Shown in pieces: positions 54,701 through 64,000 of a DNA stretch of 64,000 nt. Position 1 is the first letter of the stretch. Each line of letters starts with the position of its first letter. The notes beneath the pieces were generated by a model, which saw only the letters and a program-made list of their open reading frames with translations, searched no databases and was not told where the DNA came from. Source of the stretch: the human T2T-CHM13v2.0 reference genome, Homo sapiens; NCBI RefSeq assembly GCF_009914755.1, contig NC_060941.1; one strand, written 5' to 3'. The position numbers were made by a program, and so were the translations under genes.

Positions 54701-57700
54701 ATAAAAGCTAGACAGTAGCATTCACAGAAAACTCTTGGTGACGACTGAGTTTAACTCACAGAGCTGAACATTCCTTTGGATGGAGCAGTTTCGAAACACA
54801 CTATTTGTAGAATGTGCAAGTGGATATTTAGGCCTCTCTGAGGATTTCGTTGGAAACGGGATAAACCGCACAGAACTAAACAGAAGCATTCTCAGAACCT
54901 TCTTCGTGATGTTTGCATTCAACTCACAGTGTTGAACCTTTCTTTGATAGTTCAGGTTTGAAACGGTCTTTCTGTAGAAACTGCAAGTAGATATTTGGAC
55001 CTCTCTGAGGATTTCGTTGGAAACGGGATAACCCGCACAGAACTAAAACAGAAGCATTCTCAGAACCCTCTTCGTGATGTTTGCATTCAACTCACAGTGC
55101 TGAACCTTTCTTTGATAGTTCAGCTTTGAAACACTCTTTTTGTAGAAACTGCAAGTGGATATTTGGTCCTCTCTGAGCATTTCGTTGGAAACGGGATAAA
55201 CTGCACAGAACTAAACAGAAGCATTCTCAGAACCTTCTTCGTGATGTCTGCATTCAACTCACAGTGTGGAACCTTTCTTTGATAGTTCAGGTTTGAAACA
55301 CTCTTTTTGTAGAAACTGCAAGGGGATCATTGCACTCTTTGAGGAGTACCGTAGTAAAGGAAATAACTTCCTATAAAAAGAAGACAGAAGCTTTCTCAGA
55401 AAATTCTTTGGGATGATTGAGTTGAACTCACAGAGCTGAGCATTCCTTGTGATGTAGCAGTTTAGAAACACACTTTCTGCAGAATCTGCAAGTGCATATT
55501 TGGACCTCTGTGAGGAATTCGTTGGAAACGGGATAATTTCAGCTGACTAAACAGAAGCAGTCTCAGAATCTTCTTTGTGATGTTTGCATTCAAATCCCCG
55601 AGTTGAACTTTCCTTTCAAAGTTCACGTTTGAAACACTCTTTTTGCAGGATCTACAAGTGGATATTTGGACCACTCTGTGTCCTTCGTTCGAAACGGGTA
55701 TATCTTCACATGACATCTAGACAGAAGCATCCTCAGAAGCTTCTCTGTGATGACTGCATTCAACTCACGGAGTTGAACACTCCTTTTGAGAGCGCAGTTT
55801 TGAAACTCTCTTTCTGTGGCATCTGCAAGGGGACATGTAGACCTCCTTGAAGATTTCGTTGGAAACGGAATCATCTTCACATAAAAACTACACAGATGCA
55901 TTCTCAGGAACTTTTTGGTGATGTTTGTATTCAACTCCCAGAGTTGAACTTTCCTTTGGAAAGAGCAGCTATGAAACACTGTTTTTCTAGAATCTGCAAG
56001 TGGACGTTTGGAGGGCTTTGTGGTTTGTGGTGGAAAAGGAAATATCTTCACCTAAATACTAGATAGAAGCATTCTCAGAAACTGCTTTGTGATGATTGCA
56101 TTCACCTCACAGAGTTGAACATTCCTATTGATAGAGCAGTTTGGAAACACTCTTGTTGTGGAATGTGCAAGTGGAGATTTGGAGCGCTTTGAGGCCTATG
56201 GTAGTAAAGGGAATAGCTTCATAGAAAAACTAGACAGAAGCATTCTCAGAAAATACTTTGTGATGATTGAGTTTAACTCACAGAGCTGAACATTCCTTTG
56301 GATGGAGCAGGTTTGAGACACACTTTTTGTAGAATCTACAAGTGGATATTTGGACCTCTCTGAGGATTTCGTTGGAAACGGGATAACTGCACCTAACTAA
56401 ACGGAAGCATTCTCAGAAACTTCTTGGTGATGTTTGCATTCAAATCCCAGAGTTGAACCTTCCTTTGATAGTTCAGGTTTGAAGCACTCTTTTTGTAGGA
56501 TCTGCAAGTGGATATTTGGACCACTCTGTGGCCTTCGTTCGAAACGGGTATATCTTCGCATAAAATCTAGACAGAAGCCTTCTCAGAAACTTCTCTGTGA
56601 TGATTGCATTCAACTCACAGAGTTGAACCCTCCTATGGATAGAGCAGTGTTGAAACTCTCTTTTTGTGGAATCTGCAAGTGGATATGTGGACCTCTCCGA
56701 AGATGTCTTTGGAAACGGGAATATCTTCACATAAAAACTAAACAGAAGCATTCTCAGAAACTTCTCTGTGATGTTTGTGTTCAACTCCCAGAGTTTCACA
56801 TTGCTTTTCATAGAGTAGTTCTGAAACATGCTTTTCGTAGTGTCTACAAGTGGACATTTGGAGCGCTTTCAGGCCTGTGGTGGAAAACGAATTATGGTCA
56901 CATAAAAACTGGAGAGAAGCATTGTCAGAAACTTCTTTGTGATGATTGCATTCAACTCACAGAGTTGAAGGTTCCTTTTCAAAGAGCAGTTTCCAATCAC
57001 TCTTTGTGTGGAATCTGCAAGTGGATATTTGGACCTATTTTGAAGATTTCGTTGGAAACGGGAGAATCTTCACAGGAAAGCTAAACAGAAGCATTCTCAG
57101 AAACTTCTTTGTGATGCTTGCATTCAACTCACAGAGTTGAACTTTCCTTTCGAGAGAGAAGCTTTGAAACACTCTTTTTCCAGAATCTGCAAGTGGACAT
57201 TTGGAGGGCTTTGAGGCCTGTGGTGGAAAAGGAATTATCTTCCCGTAAAAGCTAGATAGAAGCATTCTCAGAAACTACTTTGTGATGATTGCATTCAAGT
57301 CACAGAGTTGAACATTCCCTTTGACAGAGCAGTTTGGAAACTCTCTTTGTGTAGAATCTGCAAGTGGAGATATGGACCGCTTTGAGGCCTATGGTAGTAA
57401 AGGAAATAGCTTCATATAAAAGCTAGACAGTAGCATTCACAGAAAACTCTTGGTGACGACTGAGTTTAACTCACAGAGCTGAACATTCCTTTGGATGGAG
57501 CAGTTTCGAAACACACTATTTGTAGAATGTGCAAGTGGATATTTAGGCCTCTCTGAGGATTTCGTTGGAAACGGGATAAACCGCACAGAACTAAACAGAA
57601 GCATTCTCAGAACCTTCTTCGTGATGTTTGCATTCAACTCACAGTGTTGAACCTTTCTTTGATAGTTCAGGTTTGAAACGGTCTTTCTGTAGAAACTGCA

Positions 57701-60700
57701 AGTAGATATTTGGACCTCTCTGAGGATTTCGTTGGAAACGGGATAACCCGCACAGAACTAAAACAGAAGCATTCTCAGAACCCTCTTCGTGATGTTTGCA
57801 TTCAACTCACAGTGCTGAACCTTTCTTTGATAGTTCAGCTTTGAAACACTCTTTTTGTAGAAACTGCAAGTGGATATTTGGTCCTCTCTGAGCATTTCGT
57901 TGGAAACGGGATAAACTGCACAGAACTAAACAGAAGCATTCTCAGAACCTTCTTCGTGATGTCTGCATTCAACTCACAGTGTGGAACCTTTCTTTGATAG
58001 TTCAGGTTTGAAACACTCTTTTTGTAGAAACTGCAAGGGGATAATTGCACTCTTTGAGGAGTACCGTAGTAAAGGAAATAACTTCCTATAAAAAGAAGAC
58101 AGAAGCTTTCTCAGAAAATTCTTTGGGATGATTGAGTTGAACTCACAGAGCTGAGCATTCCTTGCGATGTAGCAGTTTAGAAACACACTTTCTGCAGAAT
58201 CTGCAAGTGCATATTTGGACCTCTGTGAGGAATTCGTTGGAAACGGGATAATTTCAGCTGACTAAACAGAAGCAGTCTCAGAATCTTCTTTGTGATGTTT
58301 GCATTCAAATCCCCGAGTTGAACTTTCCTTTCAAAGTTCACGTTTGAAACACTCTTTTTGCAGGATCTACAAGTGGATATTTGGACCACTCTGTGTCCTT
58401 CGTTCGAAACGGGTATATCTTCACATGACATCTAGACAGAAGCATCCTCAGAAGCTTCTCTGTGATGACTGCATTCAACTCACGGAGTTGAACACTCCTT
58501 TTGAGAGCGCAGTTTTGAAACTCTCTTTCTGTGGCATCTGCAAGGGGACATGTAGACCTCCTTGAAGATTTCGTTGGAAACGGAATCATCTTCACATAAA
58601 AACTACACAGATGCATTCTCAGGAACTTTTTGGTGATGTTTGTATTCAACTCCCAGAGTTGAACTTTCCTTTGGAAAGAGCAGCTATGAAACACTGTTTT
58701 TCTAGAATCTGCAAGTGGACGTTTGGAGGGCTTTGTGGTTTGTGGTGGAAAAGGAAATATCTTCACCTAAATACTAGATAGAAGCATTCTCAGAAACTGC
58801 TTTGTGATGATTGCATTCACCTCACAGAGTTGAACATTCCTATTGATAGAGCAGTTTGGAAACACTCTTGTTGTGGAATGTGCAAGTGGAGATTTGGAGC
58901 GCTTTGAGGCCTATGGTAGTAAAGGGAATAGCTTCATAGAAAAACTAGACAGAAGCATTCTCAGAAAATACTTTGTGATGATTGAGTTTAACTCACAGAG
59001 CTGAACATTCCTTTGGATGGAGCAGGTTTGAGACACACTTTTTGTAGAATCTACAAGTGGATATTTGGACCTCTCTGAGGATTTCGTTGGAAACGGGATA
59101 ACTGCACCTAACTAAACGGAAGCATTCTCAGAAACTTCTTGGTGATGTTTGCATTCAAATCCCAGAGTTGAACCTTCCTTTGATAGTTCAGGTTTGAAAC
59201 ACTCTTTTTGTAGGATCTGCAAGTGGATATTTGGACCACTCTGTGGCCTTCGTTCGAAACGGGTATATCTTCGCATAAAATCTAGACAGAAGCCTTCTCA
59301 GAAACTTCTCTGTGATGATTGCATTCAACTCACAGAGTTGAACCCTCCTATGGATAGAGCAGTGTTGAAACTCTCTTTTTGTGGAATCTGCAAGTGGATA
59401 TGTGGACCTCTCCGAAGATGTCTTTGGAAACGGGAATATCTTCACATAAAAACTAAACAGAAGCATTCTCAGAAACTTCTCTGTGATGTTTGTGTTCAAC
59501 TCCCAGAGTTTCACATTGCTTTTCATAGAGTAGTTCTGAAACATGCTTTTCGTAGTGTCTACAAGTGGACATTTGGAGCGCTTTCAGGCCTGTGGTGGAA
59601 AACGAATTATGGTCACATAAAAACTGGAGAGAAGCATTGTCAGAAACTTCTTTGTGATGATTGCATTCAACTCACAGAGTTGAAGGTTCCTTTTCAAAGA
59701 GCAGTTTCCAATCACTCTTTGTGTGGAATCTGCAAGTGGATATTTGGACCTATTTTGAAGATTTCGTTGGAAACGGGAGAATCTTCACAGGAAAGCTAAA
59801 CAGAAGCATTCTCAGAAACTTCTTTGTGATGCTTGCATTCAACTCACAGAGTTGAACTTTCCTTTCGAGAGAGAAGCTTTGAAACACTCTTTTTCCAGAA
59901 TCTGCAAGTGGACATTTGGAGGGCTTTGAGGCCTGTGGTGGAAAAGGAATTATCTTCCCGTAAAAGCTAGATAGAAGCATTCTCAGAAACTACTTTGTGA
60001 TGATTGCATTCAAGTCACAGAGTTGAACATTCCCTTTGACAGAGCAGTTTGGAAACTCTCTTTGTGTAGAATCTGCAAGTGGAGATATGGACCGCTTTGA
60101 GGCCTATGGTAGTAAAGGAAATAGCTTCATATAAAAGCTAGACAGTAGCATTCACAGAAAACTCTTGGTGACGACTGAGTTTAACTCACAGAGCTGAACA
60201 TTCCTTTGGATGGAGCAGTTTCGAAACACACTATTTGTAGAATGTGCAAGTGGATATTTAGGCCTCTCTGAGGATTTCGTTGGAAACGGGATAAACCGCA
60301 CAGAACTAAACAGAAGCATTCTCAGAACCTTCTTCGTGATGTTTGCATTCAACTCACAGTGTTGAACCTTTCTTTGATAGTTCAGGTTTGAAACGGTCTT
60401 TCTGTAGAAACTGCAAGTAGATATTTGGACCTCTCTGAGGATTTCGTTGGAAACGGGATAACCCGCACAGAACTAAAACAGAAGCATTCTCAGAACCCTC
60501 TTCGTGATGTTTGCATTCAACTCACAGTGCTGAACCTTTCTTTGATAGTTCAGCTTTGAAACACTCTTTTTGTAGAAACTGCAAGTGGATATTTGGTCCT
60601 CTCTGAGCATTTCGTTGGAAACGGGATAAACTGCACAGAACTAAACAGAAGCATTCTCAGAACCTTCTTCGTGATGTCTGCATTCAACTCACAGTGTGGA

Positions 60701-63659
60701 ACCTTTCTTTGATAGTTCAGGTTTGAAACACTCTTTTTGTAGAAACTGCAAGGGGATCATTGCACTCTTTGAGGAGTACCGTAGTAAAGGAAATAACTTC
60801 CTATAAAAAGAAGACAGAAGCTTTCTCAGAAAATTCTTTGGGATGATTGAGTTGAACTCACAGAGCTGAGCATTCCTTGTGATGTAGCAGTTTAGAAACA
60901 CACTTTCTGCAGAATCTGCAAGTGCATATTTGGACCTCTGTGAGGAATTCGTTGGAAACGGGATAATTTCAGCTGACTAAACAGAAGCAGTCTCAGAATC
61001 TTCTTTGTGATGTTTGCATTCAAATCCCCGAGTTGAACTTTCCTTTCAAAGTTCACGTTTGAAACACTCTTTTTGCAGGATCTACAAGTGGATATTTGGA
61101 CCACTCTGTGTCCTTCGTTCGAAACGGGTATATCTTCACATGACATCTAGACAGAAGCATCCTCAGAAGCTTCTCTGTGATGACTGCATTCAACTCACGG
61201 AGTTGAACACTCCTTTTGAGAGCGCAGTTTTGAAACTCTCTTTCTGTGGCATCTGCAAGGGGACATGTAGACCTCCTTGAAGATTTCGTTGGAAACGGAA
61301 TCATCTTCACATAAAAACTACACAGATGCATTCTCAGGAACTTTTTGGTGATGTTTGTATTCAACTCCCAGAGTTGAACTTTCCTTTGGAAAGAGCAGCT
61401 ATGAAACACTGTTTTTCTAGAATCTGCAAGTGGACGTTTGGAGGGCTTTGTGGTTTGTGGTGGAAAAGGAAATATCTTCACCTAAATACTAGATAGAAGC
61501 ATTCTCAGAAACTGCTTTGTGATGATTGCATTCACCTCACAGAGTTGAACATTCCTATTGATAGAGCAGTTTGGAAACACTCTTGTTGTGGAATGTGCAA
61601 GTGGAGATTTGGAGCGCTTTGAGGCCTATGGTAGTAAAGGGAATAGCTTCATAGAAAAACTAGACAGAAGCATTCTCAGAAAATACTTTGTGATGATTGA
61701 GTTTAACTCACAGAGCTGAACATTCCTTTGGATGGAGCAGGTTTGAGACACACTTTTTGTAGAATCTACAAGTGGATATTTGGACCTCTCTGAGGATTTC
61801 GTTGGAAACGGGATAACTGCACCTAACTAAACGGAAGCATTCTCAGAAACTTCTTGGTGATGTTTGCATTCAAATCCCAGAGTTGAACCTTCCTTTGATA
61901 GTTCAGGTTTGAAGCACTCTTTTTGTAGGATCTGCAAGTGGATATTTGGACCACTCTGTGGCCTTCGTTCGAAACGGGTATATCTTCACATAAAATCTAG
62001 ACAGAAGCCTTCTCAGAAACTTCTCTGTGATGATTGCATTCAACTCACAGAGTTGAACCCTCCTATGGATAGAGCAGTGTTGAAACTCTCTTTTTGTGGA
62101 ATCTGCAAGTGGATATGTGGACCTCTCCGAAGATGTCTTTGGAAACGGGAATATCTTCACATAAAAACTAAACAGAAGCATTCTCAGAAACTTCTCTGTG
62201 ATGTTTGTGTTCAACTCCCAGAGTTTCACATTGCTTTTCATAGAGTAGTTCTGAAACATGCTTTTCGTAGTGTCTACAAGTGGACATTTGGAGCGCTTTC
62301 AGGCCTGTGGTGGAAAACGAATTATGGTCACATAAAAACTGGAGAGAAGCATTGTCAGAAACTTCTTTGTGATGATTGCATTCAACTCACAGAGTTGAAG
62401 GTTCCTTTTCAAAGAGCAGTTTCCAATCACTCTTTGTGTGGAATCTGCAAGTGGATATTTGGACCTATTTTGAAGATTTCGTTGGAAACGGGAGAATCTT
62501 CACAGGAAAGCTAAACAGAAGCATTCTCAGAAACTTCTTTGTGATGCTTGCATTCAACTCACAGAGTTGAACTTTCCTTTCGAGAGAGAAGCTTTGAAAC
62601 ACTCTTTTTCCAGAATCTGCAAGTGGACATTTGGAGGGCTTTGAGGCCTGTGGTGGAAAAGGAATTATCTTCCCGTAAAAGCTAGATAGAAGCATTCTCA
62701 GAAACTACTTTGTGATGATTGCATTCAAGTCACAGAGTTGAACATTCCCTTTGACAGAGCAGTTTGGAAACTCTCTTTGTGTAGAATCTGCAAGTGGAGA
62801 TATGGACCGCTTTGAGGCCTATGGTAGTAAAGGAAATAGCTTCATATAAAAGCTAGACAGTAGCATTCACAGAAAACTCTTGGTGACGACTGAGTTTAAC
62901 TCACAGAGCTGAACATTCCTTTGGATGGAGCAGTTTCGAAACACACTATTTGTAGAATGTGCAAGTGGATATTTAGGCCTCTCTGAGGATTTCGTTGGAA
63001 ACGGGATAAACCGCACAGAACTAAACAGAAGCATTCTCAGAACCTTCTTCGTGATGTTTGCATTCAACTCACAGTGTTGAACCTTTCTTTGATAGTTCAG
63101 GTTTGAAACGGTCTTTCTGTAGAAACTGCAAGTAGATATTTGGACCTCTCTGAGGATTTCGTTGGAAACGGGATAACCCGCACAGAACTAAAACAGAAGC
63201 ATTCTCAGAACCCTCTTCGTGATGTTTGCATTCAACTCACAGTGCTGAACCTTTCTTTGATAGTTCAGCTTTGAAACACTCTTTTTGTAGAAACTGCAAG
63301 TGGATATTTGGTCCTCTCTGAGCATTTCGTTGGAAACGGGATAAACTGCACAGAACTAAACAGAAGCATTCTCAGAACCTTCTTCGTGATGTCTGCATTC
63401 AACTCACAGTGTGGAACCTTTCTTTGATAGTTCAGGTTTGAAACACTCTTTTTGTAGAAACTGCAAGGGGATCATTGCACTCTTTGAGGAGTACCGTAGT
63501 AAAGGAAATAACTTCCTATAAAAAGAAGACAGAAGCTTTCTCAGAAAATTCTTTGGGATGATTGAGTTGAACTCACAGAGCTGAGCATTCCTTGTGATGT
63601 AGCAGTTTAGAAACACACTTTCTGCAGAATCTGCAAGTGCATATTTGGACCTCTGTGAG
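33795..63659 (+). repeat. 11 consecutive full-length 16-mer HOR units (EcoRI phase), 2715 bp each
   Basis: GAATTC at 33795, 36510, 39225, 41940, 44655, 47370, 50085, 52800, 55515, 58230, 60945 and 63660, with constant 2715-bp spacing. Confidence 0.97.
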
Positions 63660-64000
63660 GAATTCGTTGGAAACGGGATAATTTCAGCTGACTAAACAGA
63701 AGCAGTCTCAGAATCTTCTTTGTGATGTTTGCATTCAAATCCCCGAGTTGAACTTTCCTTTCAAAGTTCACGTTTGAAACACTCTTTTTGCAGGATCTAC
63801 AAGTGGATATTTGGACCACTCTGTGTCCTTCGTTCGAAACGGGTATATCTTCACATGACATCTAGACAGAAGCATCCTCAGAAGCTTCTCTGTGATGACT
63901 GCATTCAACTCACGGAGTTGAACACTCCTTTTGAGAGCGCAGTTTTGAAACTCTCTTTCTGTGGCATCTGCAAGGGGACATGTAGACCTCCTTGAAGATT

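Larger units (their letters stand above)
1..64000 (+). repeat. D17Z1: Centromeric alpha-satellite (alphoid) higher-order repeat array, 16-mer / 2715 bp, most likely human chr17 D17Z1 (SF3)
   Basis: Monomers of ~166-172 bp with alphoid hallmarks (CAGAAGCATTCTCAGAAACT, TGCATTCAACTCACAGAGTTGAAC, TTTGAAACACTCTTTTTGTAGAATCTGCAAGTGGATATTTGG). The ORF track recurs every 2715 bp (98, 2813, 5528 ... 32678, then 35226 ... 62376). One GAATTC per unit. A 2.7 kb EcoRI 16-mer with a 15-mer variant is the established D17Z1 organisation. Alpha-satellite identity is essentially certain; the locus name is by recognition. Confidence 0.95.

Noticed and set aside
98-63995. All other 64-142 aa ORFs on both strands
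   Set aside because: They overlap each other, recur with the HOR period and are gained or lost by single SNVs. They are chance open frames in satellite DNA.
1-64000. Array being a simulated or collapsed-assembly artefact
   Set aside because: Positionally ordered haplotype blocks, singletons and a coherent hybrid breakpoint fit a real contiguous assembly better, although exact copy number cannot be verified without reads.

Overview
The whole 64 kb is one uninterrupted, single-orientation array of primate centromeric alpha-satellite (~171 bp monomers). It is organised as a 2715-bp, 16-monomer higher-order repeat (HOR) with one EcoRI site per unit and a pentameric (suprachromosomal family 3) B/A monomer pattern. 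This matches the human chromosome 17 D17Z1 array (recognised from organisation, not from a database search). There are about 23.6 HOR copies. All are 2715 bp except one 2548-bp 15-mer produced by a 167-bp deletion near 33.5 kb. Each 16-mer has 8 CENP-B boxes with the intact core, 2 degenerate boxes and 6 A-type monomers. There are no credible genes, RNA genes, transposons or CRISPR arrays, and all ORFs are repeat artefacts. I found no new gene-based system. The informative signal is the variant structure: a deletion breakpoint mapped to 12 bp, SNV-defined HOR haplotype blocks, local 1-HOR and 2-HOR duplications, two CENP-B-box-disrupting SNVs, and an apparent AT-to-GC skew among variants. Units are numbered U1 (1-2715), U2 (2716-5430) ... 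U13 (32581-35128, the 15-mer), U14 (35129-37843) ... U24 (62279-64000, partial). 'pos' means the position in U1 coordinates. Variants were read by eye, so the list may be incomplete.
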